NCBI RefSeq assembly: GCF_006345805.1
Contig: NC_043000.1
Coordinates: forward strand, 134,974,001 to 135,038,000
Source: Octopus sinensis
Lineage: Eukaryota
Reading direction: 5' to 3'
DNA: 64,000 nucleotides
The notes beneath the pieces were generated by a model. The model searched no databases. It saw only the letters and a list, made by a program, of their open reading frames with translations, and was not told where the DNA came from. The translations under genes were made by a program, and so were the position numbers. Below, piece after piece: positions 11,914 to 25,377 of this stretch. Numbering within the stretch: the first letter of the stretch is position 1; each line of letters begins with the position of its first letter.

Positions 11914-12290
11914 GGCGTAGGAATGGCCGTGTGTAAGTAGTTTGCTTACGAACCATATGGTTTCCGGGTTCAGTCCCACTACGCGGCACCTTGGGCAAGT
12001 GTCTTCTACTATAGCCTCGGGCCGACCAAAGCCTTGTGAGTGAATTTGGTAGACGGAAACTGAAAGAAGCCCGTTCTATATATGTATATAAATATTATAT
12101 GTGTGTGTGTGTGTGTTGACAACCGATGCTGGTGTGTTTATATAACTTAGCGGTTCGGCAAAAGAGACCGATAGAATAAGTACTAGGCTTACAAAGAATA
12201 AGACCTGGGGTCGATTTGCTCGACTAAAGGTGGTGCTCCAGCATGGCTACAGTCAAATGACTGAAACAAGTAAAATAGTAAAAGAGAGTA
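11914..12290 (+). mobile_element. tRNA-derived SINE, family A (internal microsatellite, (AGTAAAAG)n tail)
   Basis: ggcgtaggaatggccgtgtg...gggttcagtccc...caccttgggcaagtgtcttc...gtcaaatgactgaaacaagtaaaa. Confidence 0.9.
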
Positions 12291-12299
12291 GAATATATA

Positions 12300-12625
12300 G
12301 GCGCAGGCGTGGCTGTGTGGTAAGAAGCTTGCTTCCCAACTACATGGTTCTGGATTAGTCTCATTGTGTGGCTCCGTGGGTATGTGCCTTCTACTATAGC
12401 CTCGGGCCGATCAAAGTCTTCTGAGTTTATTTGGTAGACGGAAACTGAAAGAAGCTCGTCGTATATATGCGGGTGTGTGTGTTTGTGTTGTGTTGTGTAT
12501 TTATCTATGTTTGTCCCCTCACCATCGCTTGACAACCGATGTTGGTATGTTTACGTTCCCATAACTTAGCGGTTCGGCAAAAGTTAGGGTTAGAATAAGT
12601 ACTAAGCCCACAAAGAATAAGTCGT
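12300..12625 (+). mobile_element. SINE family A, tandem copy, 3' truncated
   Basis: Same sequence as the preceding copy, more diverged. Confidence 0.85.
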
Positions 12626-13407
12626 AATATGTATATATATTATGTCATCATCTTCCTATCGTATTCGAAATGTCCTTCATGGCCTTTTCTGATCTCTTGG
12701 TTACCACTCAACAATTGTAGGAGTCGATCGGCTGTCTGTGAGACTTATGACATATCTGGCTGAGCAGAACTTGTGCATTCGTTATTCTATGATCACATCT
12801 TTCATTCCTCCCCATTTTCAAATTACTTCGTTTCAAATTCAGACCGCGACAATATTCCTAACATAGATCCATACACGAAACACGCTACGAGTACATTCAT
12901 ACATACATAGGTACTCAAAAGCAGGTACTCTGAAAGTATCAACAATTTCATGCGACCCAAAGGAGGCTGGAGTGGCCTATCTAAAGAGAAGCTTGGAGGT
13001 GAAGCACATATACCAGCAAAAAAGTAATACTTGGAAGCTAGATGATAACAGCAGCACTGACAGGAAGAATAAGCAATCGATACATTACATCCCACCGAGG
13101 ATATGCCTTCGCTGTTCAGGAACAGAAGAGGGCTACTAAATACCTAACAAAGAATAGAGACCAAGATATCATCAAACCTTCTCGTTGGAATAGAAAATGA
13201 TTCTGCTATACCATTGAGGAAGATATCCCTCACATCGTCAGCAGCTGCCCCAAAATGTCTATGAGACATGATACATATGGAAAGAAGGATTGCCCGGACG
13301 TATACAACAAAGGTATGTCAAAACCAGAATGTATTGACACCTTTGAAAACAAGCTATACTGAGGGAACACTCCAATGAAAACAGCAAGCACAAACAATCA
13401 CACGTGA

Positions 13408-13465
<58 letters not shown>

Positions 13466-13496
13466 TGTGTGTGTGTATATATATATGTAAATGTAA

Positions 13497-13890
13497 ACAA
13501 ATACAAACTGGGACAAGAACGTAAAACATTTAGAAGACGATACAAAAAACCGGATCATCTCGCAAATTTAGGCTGATTAATCTTGAGATGGCTCCAATCT
13601 GGCCAGCCCCAAGGAGGAAAATCTAAGCCAAGCGCATTGGATTCTTGGAGAAAGCCTCGAATGTATACAAAACAAGGACGGAAACCGGACGATGTTACAT
13701 GAATAAAAATACAAAAATATGTAAAAACAATAATGATACACGAATAAGAATACAAAAATACGTAAAAACAATAATGATAAAATAATAACAAAAACAGGAC
13801 GTCACAAACAACCGTCTTTTCGACACGACAGGACGAGTAAATTTTTGAGCTGGCGTTAGAAAAAAGCCTTAGGGCTAGAGAGAGAAAAAA
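13497..13890. repeat. Interspersed repeat related to 25373-26772
   Basis: Shared caatctggccagccccaagga...cgaatgtatac.aaacaaggacggaaa. Confidence 0.65.
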
Positions 13891-14499
13891 AATGTGTCTT
13901 GCCGCAACGGCATATATATATATATATATATATATACTTCTAATATAGGATAAAACATTTTCCAAACAAATTTCATCAAAGTGGCAGCATATCAAAATAC
14001 CTTTAAAGGTGAAAATTTTAAACAAAATAACCTTGAAGGTGAATATTATAAACAAGGGCAAAAGAAATAAATGTCTATGCCAATGTGCTGAGAATAGATT
14101 TTAAATCGTCAATCACCACATTACAATATACATTCACCTGAATGCATATTGTAATGTAGTGAATGTATATTGTAATGTGATAATTATATATATATATATA
14201 TATATATTCACAATATTAAAAATATGAATTACTCTGAAGTACTAATAGTATTACCGTTAATCTTATGATTATGCCTTTTATGACCAACAAATATTTCAAT
14301 TGTACTGATTAGTAATCGTTGCATTTGCAGCCCTCCAATAGAATGATGCAGTTTCTACAGGGTATTAACTTGATATCCTTCAGTATAGCCGTTTAATGAT
14401 TTTCCTTTATAAACTCTGCGTTGTATAATGTAGAGCTGTCCGTTAAGTCAGGCGCGAACAATCTCTCTTTCAAGTTCTTATTGGATATATTTACCTATA

Positions 14500-14762
14500 G
14501 TGGAGGCGCGTGGCTTAGTGGTTAGGGTGTCAGTATCATGATCGTAAGACTATGGTTTCGATTCCTACACCGGGTGACACGTTGTGTTCTTGAGCAAGAC
14601 ATTTCATTTCACGTTGCTCCAGTCCACTCAGCTGGAAAAAATGAGTAACGCTTCGATGGACTGGGGTCCCGTCCACCTGGGGAGCACATACGCCATAGAA
14701 ACCGGGGAAGCCGGGCCCATGAGCCTGGCTAGTTTTTTAAAAGGGCGCATTTATTTTTTTTT
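14500..14762 (+). mobile_element. tRNA-derived SINE, family C (CORE-like), with 12-bp TSD
   Basis: A box TGGCTTAGTGG, B box GGTTTCGATTCC; ttgtgttcttgagcaagacattt; TSD tatttacctata at 14488-14499 and tatttgcctata at 14763-14774. Confidence 0.85.
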
Positions 14763-14784
14763 TATTTGCCTATAACGGATTTAT

Positions 14785-14940
14785 CTCAGTTTCCGTTAGT
14801 TTCCGTTAACCAAATCCATCGACAACGACATGGTAGTACCGAGTCAACAGTAAAAGGCACTAGACCAAGGTGCCACGCAGAGTGGCTAAACACAGAACCA
14901 CATGGTTGGGGAGCAAACTCTCTACCACACAGCCATGCCT
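14785..14940 (-). mobile_element. Degenerate SINE family A, 5' half
   Basis: ccaaggtgccacgcag...gaaccacatggttgg...ccacacagcca. Confidence 0.6.
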
Positions 14941-14945
14941 GAGGC

Positions 14946-15255
14946 CTACGCGTAGCTCAGTGATTAGAGCATCGGACTCACAATCGTGTGATAGTGAGTT
15001 CGAATCCAGGACTGGGTTGCATGTTGTGTTCTTAAGCAAGACACTTTATTTCCCGTTGTTCGAGCTGTAGAAATGAATTGCGACGTTACTGGTGCCAAAC
15101 TGTATCGGCCTTTGCTTTTCCCTTGGATAATATCAGTGGCGCGGGAAGGGGAGGCTGGTATGCATGGGTGACTGCTGGACTTCCATAAACAACCTTGCCC
15201 GGATTTGTGCTTTGGAGGGGAACTTTCTAGGTGCAATCTCATGGTCATTTTTGCG
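14946..15255 (+). mobile_element. tRNA-derived SINE, family D
   Basis: A box TAGCTCAGTGA, B box GAGTTCGAATCC, then ttgtgttcttaagcaagacactttatttc. Confidence 0.75.
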
Positions 15256-15294
15256 AATAAAACAACTATAACCGTTCAAGTCCATGTAATCGTT

Positions 15295-15405
15295 CAGATG
15301 TGTGTGTGTGAGCACCTTCACACCGTACGTACACAAGATACACGCGCACACACATACACACGCGCACACACATACACACGCGCACACACATACACACGCG
15401 CACAC

Positions 15406-15436
<31 letters not shown>

Positions 15437-16270
15437 TGTATGTATGTATGTATGTGTGTATGTATGTATGTATGTGTGTATGTATGTATGTATGTGTGTA
15501 TGTATGTATGTATGTATGTGTATGTAAGTACAGGTATAAGTATAACATGCATACATGCATACATAAATACGTAAATTTCAAACTTTATTCGCATAAAAGC
15601 ACCAAACATTTGTGCGCATGTACCGACAACTGCATATATATATGTGTCCATGTATATGGGGTAATATGTGTATGTGCGCATACACTTACATACATACACA
15701 CACACACACACATATGTATATATATATATATATATGTGTGTGTATGTGTGTGTGTGTGTGTGTGTGAATATATGTGTGTGTCTGTGTGCGTATATATTTG
15801 TAGTATATGTATGAATGTAAACATGCACACATGCACATACACACTCATACATTCACACACGAATAAACACACACGTTGTTTATAACGAACAAGAGAAAAG
15901 TACTCGATACGTAATGTAGAGTATAATTATATTTATTCAGCTGAGCCGTATGCTGTTAATTAAGTTTTACGTTTAACCGCATGGTGTATTCAAGCTGCCG
16001 TCACAACGAAATGGTAAACACGGAACTTTAGCGGCAGCATACGGCTACAGCGTAATAAGATGCTTGTATATACATACACACGCACGCTCACGCTCACACT
16101 TATACATATATAGAAACATACATACATACATACATACATACATACATACATACAAACATACATACATACATACAAACATACATACATACATACATACATA
16201 CATACACTCACGATCACACGTATACATACGTACATACATACATATATACATACACACACACACACATATA
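15295..16270. repeat. (TATG)/(CA)/(TG) microsatellite field including an 18-bp unit (acacgcgcacacacatac) x3
   Basis: Direct reading. Confidence 0.9.
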
Positions 16271-16290
16271 TCAGTGAGTGTGTGTATGGG

Positions 16291-16696
16291 TATACTCTTT
16301 TACTCTTTTACTTGTTTCAGTCATTTGACTGCGGCCATGCTGGAGCACCGCCTTTAATCGAGCAACTTGACCCCCGGGACTTATTCTTTTGTAAGCCCAG
16401 TACTTATTCTATCGGTCTCTTTTGCCGAACCGCTAAGTGACGGGGACGTAAACACACCAGCATCGGTTGTCAAGCAATGCTAGGGGGACAAACACAGACA
16501 AACACACACATACATATATATACATATACATATATACGACAGGCTTCTTTCAGTTTCCGTCTACCAAATCCACTCACAAAGCATTGGTTGGCCCTGGCTA
16601 TAGCAGAAGACACTTGCTCAAGGTGCCACGCAGTGGGACTGAACCCGGAACCATGTGGTTGGTTAGCAAGCTACTTACCACACAGCCACTCCTGCG
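16291..16696 (-). mobile_element. SINE family A, full length
   Basis: tactcttttactcttttacttgtttcagtcatttgac ... accacacagccactcctgcg. Confidence 0.9.
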
Positions 16697-17270
16697 TGAA
16701 TGTGTATGTATATATGTATATATGTATGCATGTATGTATGTATCTATTTATGCTGGGAGGCTTGTATGTCTCTTTATGTGCTTTATCAAAAACAAAAAAT
16801 ATATACATGCGTGATTCTGTAGGCCTGCGCATGTACAAGTGTCTACACAGAAGTGTGTTTATACGCAGCTTCATATTTATGAATAAAATCTGTGGGTCTA
16901 TGTAAATACGTGGTCGAGCAATTACACACGCCAGCACCAAAGACACCGCACGCACGCGGGAGCATGTCTATGTGTGTACATTGCATTTTAACCACACTGT
17001 ACTTACGTATGTGAATATAAATATGCATGTGTGCTTGTGTTAGAATATTCGAGCAAGCCGTTCCATTTCAACTCTTCGTGTGTAAGTGTGACGAGAAATT
17101 CAAATGCGTACAATTTAATTGGCTAAAGTTACTCACGAGTTCACTAATCACCAATTGACCAGTGTCCATTTCACGTTGATCAATAATCACTCACATACAC
17201 TTATCAATAATCTTAATTTTCCTTCTCATTTATATTCCCTCGCTTTCTCCCTCTCCCTCTCCCTCTCTCC

Positions 17271-17306
<36 letters not shown>

Positions 17307-18274
17307 TGTTTCTTTTTTACTTACGCCTACAACTTCACTCTCTCTTAACTTTTCAATTCTACTACATCTCTCCCACTACATTCCTCCAGGGCTTTTACAG
17401 AAACTAGTCTTTCACTATTTCTGCACAAAGAGATGAAAACATTTCCCCTTTCCCGAAGAAAATTCCCCAAAACGTTAAAGTCTTCTTCCAGTAGCATATA
17501 CTTTGAATTGTACCCCCAAAAAAGAAAAAAATATGAAGGTACACACTTGGATTCTAGTTTCTGCGCCAAGAGACAAATGTTTTTCAGGTAATTCCGTAGT
17601 TCTTAACCTATGTAACCGACCAGTGACGAACTCTTGCAGGATTCGTGTGTGCATAAAGGTGAGGAAAATATCAAGAGAGTACCACTGAAGGTGCTGAGAG
17701 GTAAATTTTCCGAGGACGAAACCCTTAAACCGGATATGAGACTTATATTTTAAACACATTTTTAAATAGAACTGTTAGGATTAGAATATGAATTGGAGAT
17801 TGTGTTGTCAGAAAGCAGAAAACATGAATGAATATACGATAAGGTCCAGTTTCCATTATTATTTATCATAACGGCATTAATCCATGCAATATCTAAACTG
17901 GAGATACATTCTGGATATAAAATTATGGATAAACCACTTTACAAAATTAGGTTGTTTGTGTAAATTAATTTGCAAACGTGGTGAGGAGGGTTTTGTAACG
18001 CACCATTCCGTGAAAAGAGATACTGAGCTACGAAGGTATGAGTCCATTGGTCTAATGAAACAGTATAATATGGCTGTCTGACTGTATAGCTAGAGCAATG
18101 GTTTTTAGATGGGGTCTATATGAGCCTTGGCGGGTTCCATATAAGATTTTGTGGCGGTCCACACGGGCACAATATAAAATTGGGTCCACAGTAATACTTC
18201 ATGGATCCATGAAAAAATTTTGCTTTCGATGTGTCTATTGCTAGAAACAGCTAGGTTTCTTTCTCTAATGTTTT

Positions 18275-18742
18275 ACATAGTTCCTTCCTTCCTTTCTTCT
18301 CGAGTCCTACCGACTCATAAGAGCCGGGTTTCCGCTTTCCATGGTGTATATATATTTCTTTACTACCCACAAGGGGCTAAACATAGAGGGGACAAACAAG
18401 GGATTAAGTCGATTACATCGACCCCAGTGGGTAACTGGTACTTAATTTATCGACCCCGAAAGGATGAAAGGCAAAGTCGGCCTCGGCGGAATTGGAACTC
18501 AAAACGTAACGACAGACGAAATACTGCTAAGCATTTTGCCCGGCGCGCTAACGTTTCTGCCAGCTCGCCGCCTTTATGTGTATATAATCCCCACGCAGGA
18601 TTACTCATTTTCCTCATCAGAGTCGACTGGAGCAACATGAAATTAAGTGTTTTGCTCAAGAACACAACGCGTCGCCCGGTCCAGGAATCGAAACCACAAT
18701 CTTGAGCCAAACACCATTAACCACTAAGCCACGCGCCTCCGC
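18275..18742 (-). mobile_element. SINE family C-like copy split by a family B insertion
   Basis: 5' part at 18590-18742 (ccactaagccacgcgcctcc), 3' part at 18275-18345 (ccgggtttccg..ttccatggtg). Confidence 0.7.
18353..18577 (-). mobile_element. SINE family B
   Basis: Reverse complement of 21169-21386; TSD-like gtgtatata at 18344-18352 and 18578-18586. Confidence 0.85.
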
Positions 18743-19061
18743 TATTTTTAAAAACTACGTGAATAGAAATTTTGAAAGAATTATCGATAAAACAATTTTT
18801 TAAGCATCGAATAGCTAGTGGGGATACACCAGGAAAAAAATAGTGCGCAAAGGGATCCATAGCTGAAAAATTGTGAGAACTATTAAGCTAGAACATGTAT
18901 TGTGACAGGGAAACGCTTATCGTTGGAGTAAGAAAACCACGCTTAGTTTTGCAGCGGAGTTTAACAAAATAAGTACCACTTCCTACAGACAGTGCCACCT
19001 ACGTCGTCTTCAAACAAATGGAAGTTGTACATAGCGTTCTTATTCATGTGACTCAATTCAA

Positions 19062-19279
19062 TACTCTATTACTCTTTTACTTGTTTCAGTCATTTGACTG
19101 TGGCCATGCTGGAGCATCACCTTTAGTCGAGCAAATCGACCCCAGTACTTATTCTTTGTAAACCTAGTACTTATTTTATCGGTCACTTTTGTCGAACCGG
19201 TAAGCTACGGGGACGTAAACACACCTGCATCGGTTGTCAAACGATGTTGGGGGGGGACACAGACCCACAAACATACACG

Positions 19280-19341
<62 letters not shown>

Positions 19342-19353
19342 GAACACACATAT

Positions 19354-19401
<48 letters not shown>

Positions 19402-19563
19402 ACTGGCTTCTTTCAGTTTCCGTCTACCAAATCCACTCACAAGGCTTTGGTTGGCCCGAGGCTATAGTAGAAGACACGTGCCGAAGGTGCCACGCAGTGG
19501 GACTGAACCCGGAACCATGTGGTTGGTAAGCAACCTACTTACCACACAACCACTCCTACGCCT
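19062..19563 (-). mobile_element. SINE family A with expanded internal (TA)n
   Basis: Family consensus match at both ends. Confidence 0.9.
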
Positions 19564-20589
19564 ATGATACAAAATATCAGCAAATGATTATCATTCTGCA
19601 TTTCTAAAATCCTATTTCATGCGTTACAGGTTGAATTACAAACTAAATAATCGAGTGTATACGATATTAAACTACAAATATTTAACTTGTAGATTAATAT
19701 TCATTGTACACCTTTCCTTGAGCAGCGTGGAAAGGCACTTAGTTCAAAGAAGTGCAGGAAATATAAATCATGATGTCCTATCCCCCATAAATAGGTCGCT
19801 AAGCACGTCAACGAGGAATAAGCATCAGTTAAGTACGTCTTTGCGGATAAGCCCCAGGTCGGTACGTGCTTGCGATCTAAGCTAAGATTAACGGTTTAAT
19901 GAAATGTAAAGAATCGTAAAACCTTAGAAATAGTTTATTTCAATTTATTTCATTTTTTCACTTTTCACACATCATTTGTATGTGTGTGTTTAGTTCTTTT
20001 TCCTGTTTGTTCCAACGAATCTGCGTTTGTGTGCGTGACTGCGTGTATATGTGTGTGTGCGCGCGTACGTTTTTGCTCTTTTTACTGGCCAAATATGTAT
20101 TTATCAACAAGATAATCATAAGTACCGTTGCGGTTGTCCTACCAAGTTATACAATTGACCTTTGTCACTCTTGCTGTCTGGAATATCAATGTAACCACAT
20201 ATTAAATATATATATAAACATATTCCATGACAGTGTTATAAACAATTAAAAACAATTAAATTTAAATATAACAATATAGGTCAGTATATGTTTGAGTTTG
20301 TCGACCTCTGCTTTTCCCTTCTGTTTCATACTCTCCTTTGCATCATACTTTCTCTCTCGCTCTCACTACCTCTCCCTCTCATTCCCTCCCTCTCACACCT
20401 TCTCTCACTCTTACTCTCTCTCTCTCTTTCTCTTTCTCTCTCTCTTTCTCTCTCTTTCTCTCGCGAAGAAATTGTACGACTGCACTCAGACAGAGATGGA
20501 TGGCTTCCGTTAAATTTTAAATGGCCAAGATATGGTCCATGTCTCAAGAGCTTTCTTATCATTTTTTCAAGAATTGGTCCAACAAATAT

Positions 20590-20620
20590 ACACCGTGTAC
20601 GTGCGTGCGTATGTGCGTGT

Positions 20621-20665
<45 letters not shown>

Positions 20666-20793
20666 GTACGTCTGTGTGTGTGTGCTTGTGTGCGTATGTC
20701 TAAATATATGTATGCTTATTATGAACACACGCTAGTCATATAAATACATGTACATACGTTTATTCGTATAGATAGACAGACAGATAGATAGAT

Positions 20794-20830
<37 letters not shown>

Positions 20831-20900
20831 GTGTGTGCAAGTATATATATATATCTATGATTAATTTCTGTTCATATGCATGTTCTCGTATATTTGTGTG

Positions 20901-20982
<82 letters not shown>

Positions 20983-21036
20983 ATATATATTGTGTGGTGT
21001 GTGTGTGTGTGTGTGTTGTGTGTGTGTGTGTGTATA

Positions 21037-21130
<94 letters not shown>

Positions 21131-21166
21131 TATATTATATATATATGTATATATATACACACACAC
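20590..21166. repeat. (TG)n/(TAGA)n/(TA)n microsatellite field
   Basis: Direct reading. Confidence 0.9.
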
Positions 21167-21168
21167 GT

Positions 21169-21386
21169 TAAGGCGGCGAGCTGGCAGAAACGTTAAACAC
21201 GCCGGGCGAAATGGTAGCCGTATTTCGTCTGCAGTTCAAATTCCACCGAGATCGACTTTGGTTTTCATCCTTTCGGGGTCGATAAATTAAGTACCAGTTC
21301 ACTGGGGTCGATATAATCGACTTAATCCGATTTCCTGTCCTTGTTTGTCCCCTCTGTGTTTAGCCCCTTGTGGGTAGTAAAGAAAT
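21169..21386 (+). mobile_element. SINE family B
   Basis: aaggcggcgagctggcagaaacg...ttcatcctttcggggtcgataaattaagtaccag...tagccccttgtgggtagtaaagaaat. Confidence 0.85.
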
Positions 21387-21399
21387 ATATATATATATA

Positions 21400-21770
21400 C
21401 GAGCAAAACGCCCCCGTCCAACGGACGGTGCTGAGTTGTCAAACATTTAAACCAAATTTTCTCAAAACAACTTGTCCGACCGTCCCATAGACCTCCCCTT
21501 AGAGAAACACTGATTTAACCTAAATTTGAGACACCAGCAAAAGAAGAAATAAAGATAGACTTTTTTTCTATTCCAAAGAAAAGCGATTTTATTCGCTTTA
21601 TCTATCGCATTCTCACCTGGAATCGATTTTTGTAATTTTTTCAAGACTTATACACACCCTGATACCGTCGGCATCTACATATCAAATTTGAGCGCAATCG
21701 GATGGAGGATGCCCGAGATCCTAGAAGACACACACACACACACACACAGACAGAACAGATTTTATATAAT
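21400..21770 (-). mobile_element. Short non-autonomous Helitron
   Basis: Subterminal hairpin ccgtcc-aac-ggacgg about 11 nt from a CTCG|T end; opposite end has (CA)n-cagacagaacagattttatata, like the 5' end of 8450-10387. Confidence 0.65.
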
Positions 21771-22017
21771 GTTATATAATAACATTACATATCATATAGT
21801 GGTAATATAGATAATATATTACATAATATATGTTATGCATATGTGGTTGTGTGTTGCATGTAGACCTGTACATATGAATATATATTTATACGTCTGTGCG
21901 CGAATATATGAGCGCGATTAGATCTTATCTGTACTTAAACGCATGCATTCAATGCTATTCAGATAGATGAAAGACGCCACCAACAGAGTGTGTGTATATA
22001 TACATACATATGTACAC

Positions 22018-22073
<56 letters not shown>

Positions 22074-22559
22074 ATGCATATATATATATATACTTTCCCC
22101 TCACATTACCAAGTGTAGTTTCTATTTTCTTTTTGTAACATATTTCTATTATATATATATATATATTGCGTACATGTAATGATACCAAAATACATATGTA
22201 TAGTCATAAATGACTAACAAACTCTTTCTCGTATGAGATAGAGTTGAACTCAGTGCTCGATCGCTATACTTTTGATACATGCCATTTTCACGCCCGTTTC
22301 TACAGGAAATTAGGGGGTGCTTTGTTCCGCTTTCTTGGATCCTTTTTCATCCAAATCATCCACTCCTCATCACATCTCTAAAGTCTGAACATCATTTCGC
22401 GTTCGCCTTTACAAGAAATTTGTTATCCTTTGTCTAATTACGCAGCCTTAATTGTCAGCTAACATTAATTTATTTCTTGATATATTTTTTGATAAGTCAG
22501 TGATGTGAAAGAAATATTGCTTTGTACGCGACTAATTGCTAATATTTTTGCATATCCCC

Positions 22560-22736
22560 TTTTTTTGGTGTATATTTATACATGTGCGTAACTGTGTATG
22601 TACAGATATACATACAGAAACATACAAACACAAATAGACACATACATACGAAGAGATGAAGAGATGTAAACCTCACGCATGCATACATGTACATGAATAC
22701 ACATGTACATATAGCCATACACATAGACGCATATGT

Positions 22737-22785
<49 letters not shown>

Positions 22786-23017
22786 AGAGACAGAGAGACA
22801 GAGAGACAGAGACAGACAGAAGACAGACAGATAGATAAATAGATAGATAAACAGATAAATAGACAGACATGTATATATACATACATAATCATATACATAC
22901 ATATATATATGTATATATATATACATATATATATATATACACACACACTATATATATAACGGGATACATATATATATATACATACATATATATATATATA
23001 CATACACACACACACAC

Positions 23018-23073
<56 letters not shown>

Positions 23074-23238
23074 GAGTGCATGTGTATGATTTTAAGAATG
23101 TATTTTCAAGTTCCTTTCTCTTTGTTTCTCTCCTTTTCTTTGTTTATCTTTGATGTAACATGGAGTGCAGAATTTATAATCTTTATGCAAATCTTCAATA
23201 GACACATAAGTTGGCAGATATACATACACATATGTGCG

Positions 23239-23306
<68 letters not shown>

Positions 23307-23350
23307 TGTGTGTGTGTATGTGTGTGTGTGTGTGTACACATATATTTATG
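22560..23350. repeat. Microsatellite field (TA, GACA, TG)
   Basis: Direct reading. Confidence 0.9.
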
Positions 23351-23883
23351 TAAATGTGTAGGTGTATACATGGGTATGTTTTTACGCATGTATTTTCAAG
23401 GTTCCTTCCCGTTGTTTTTCTCCTTTTCTCTAGTTATCTATAATGTAACATGGAGTGCAAGATTTATTATCTTTAAGAAAAATCTCCATTTTCTTATGCT
23501 TTTATAGCTTGGCGCCTGTGCAGCAAATATTTAATATCACTGCATTCACTTTAGTCCTGAAATAACACAGGGTTTACCATAGCCCTCCTAAATATCTTCT
23601 ACATAGCTTTAGAGATTTTTTTCCAAAGTAGCGTTTTAGATTATCAGCAAATTGAAAATTAATTTCAAAAATCCAGACATGCCATTCGTTCTACGATGCG
23701 TGTATTACCCGACCGTCGCAAAATAAATGTTAACTTCAGACAATTCGACTTAGTAGAACGAGTTCAATTCGTGGTTATAGTCATAGTATTCCATTTGAAC
23801 TGTTGATCCGACGAAAACTACGAAATTCACAATTTAAGGATTTTTCCATAGTCTTCAAATCTGTAAATACTCTAATGGTTAAT

Positions 23884-24262
23884 GGGAAGCACTCCGTCGG
23901 TTACGACGACGAGGGTTCCGGTTGATCCGAATCAACGGAACAGCCTGCTCGTGAAATTAACGTGTAAGTGGCTGAGCACTCCACAGACACGTGTACCCTT
24001 AACGTAGTTCTCGGTGGATATTCAGCGTGACACAGAGAGTGTCAAGGTCGGCCCCTTGAAATACAGGTACAACAGAAACAGGAAGTAAGATTGAGAGAAA
24101 GTTGTGGTGAAAGAGTACAGCAGGGATCACTACCATCCCCTGCCGGAGCCTCGTGGAGCTTTCAGGTGTTTTCGCTCAATAAACACTCACAACGCCCGGT
24201 CTGGGAATCGAAACCGCGATCCTATGACCGCGAGTCCACTGCCCTAACCATTGTGCCTCCAC
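23884..24262 (-). mobile_element. SINE family E, second copy, 11-12-bp TSD, A box deleted
   Basis: Near-identical to 2020-2407; TSD taatggttaat at 23873-23883 and 24263-24273. Confidence 0.9.
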
Positions 24263-24542
24263 TAATGGTTAATACTATGATATGTAATGAGTATTGTTAG
24301 TCTAATTTGTGTCGAAACGCAATTCATGTAGCTGTTGAAAGTAAGTTTCATCTTTTTTAGCAAGTGTTATAACCCAAACTGGAATATCAAAATTTAAAAG
24401 GTTTTAATAGACTAAAATTACAGCAGGCATATTAACAGCAATCGAGACAATCAAAATCACGTGATCAAAACTAAAATCAAAACAGCAAGTAAACGAATAT
24501 CTCTGTTTCGTTTTTCTTATTTTACGATTTTGCTATCCTTAT

Positions 24543-24905
24543 CTTTTACTTTTTACCTGTTTCAGTCATTAGACTAAGGTTAATGTGGGCCACTCACTTC
24601 AAAGTTTCGGTTGGACAGATCACCTCCAGTGCTTAAGTATTTTTTAAAGTCAGGTACTTATTCTGTCAACTTCTTTAGCCGAACTGCTAACTGGTTGTTC
24701 AAGAGGTGAGTGGAGGTGACAAACAAACACACACACACACATATTTATGTCGGGCTACCACACCGTTTCCATTAACCAAATTTGCACACAAAACATTGGC
24801 CGGTCTGGAACTATAGTAGAAGACACTTGCTCAAAGTGTCGTGCAGTCGGACTGAACCCGAAACCACCTAGTTGCAAAAGGAGCATCTTAGCCACACAGT
24901 CATTC
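24543..24905 (-). mobile_element. Old SINE family A copy
   Basis: cttttacctgtttcagtcattagact ... ctatagtagaagacacttgctcaa ... gccacacag. Confidence 0.65.
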
Positions 24906-25341
24906 CACCCTCTAAGAAAAATAACAGTTGCCCAATATGTCATACACTGGGATCGAACTCGGAACCTTGTTGTTGAGAAGCAAACTTCACCATTCAGTCA
25001 TAGTGCGCCTATGTAACTTAACTTTTATGGAACACCACAGGTAATCTAGTTTGTGATATTTTAAAGAATAGAAAAGGAAAAGAAAAGAATAAACATTATT
25101 TTTATATTGGGGGGCTTGTTCCTTCGGATTCAGTTTCATCGCCACCTCGTAAATCTGAATTGTTTATCCAACTTCAGTTTCACCCCAGATTCCAGCTAGG
25201 TATACGTATATATTTTGGTACAGCTACATTTAAGTATATGTATATATATACATGTCTGTGCATATAAAGAGATGCTTATATATTAACACACACACACACA
25301 GACACGCACACGCACGTACACACACACACACACACACACAC

Positions 25342-25372
<31 letters not shown>

Positions 25373-25377
<5 letters not shown>

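Larger units (their letters stand above)
18095..18885. mobile_element. Degenerate hAT-like MITE hosting nested SINEs
   Basis: Ends caatggtttttagatggggtc and aaaaattgtgagaactatt resemble CAGTGGTTCTCAA-type TIRs; ctagag and ctagaa flanks. Confidence 0.4.

Noticed and set aside
14946-15015. Possible tRNA genes here and at 2335-2407, 14500-14570 and 33872-33949
   Set aside because: A and B boxes are present but acceptor stems do not pair and repeat bodies follow; these are SINE heads
16467-16905. Recurring ORFs such as PRSGTEPGTMWLVSKLLTTQP
   Set aside because: Read-through of SINE family A; recurs in every copy
17050-17760. Unique-looking sequence with CCAAT-like motifs and (CT)n as a promoter or first exon
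   Set aside because: Motifs are too short to be significant and no recognisable ORF follows
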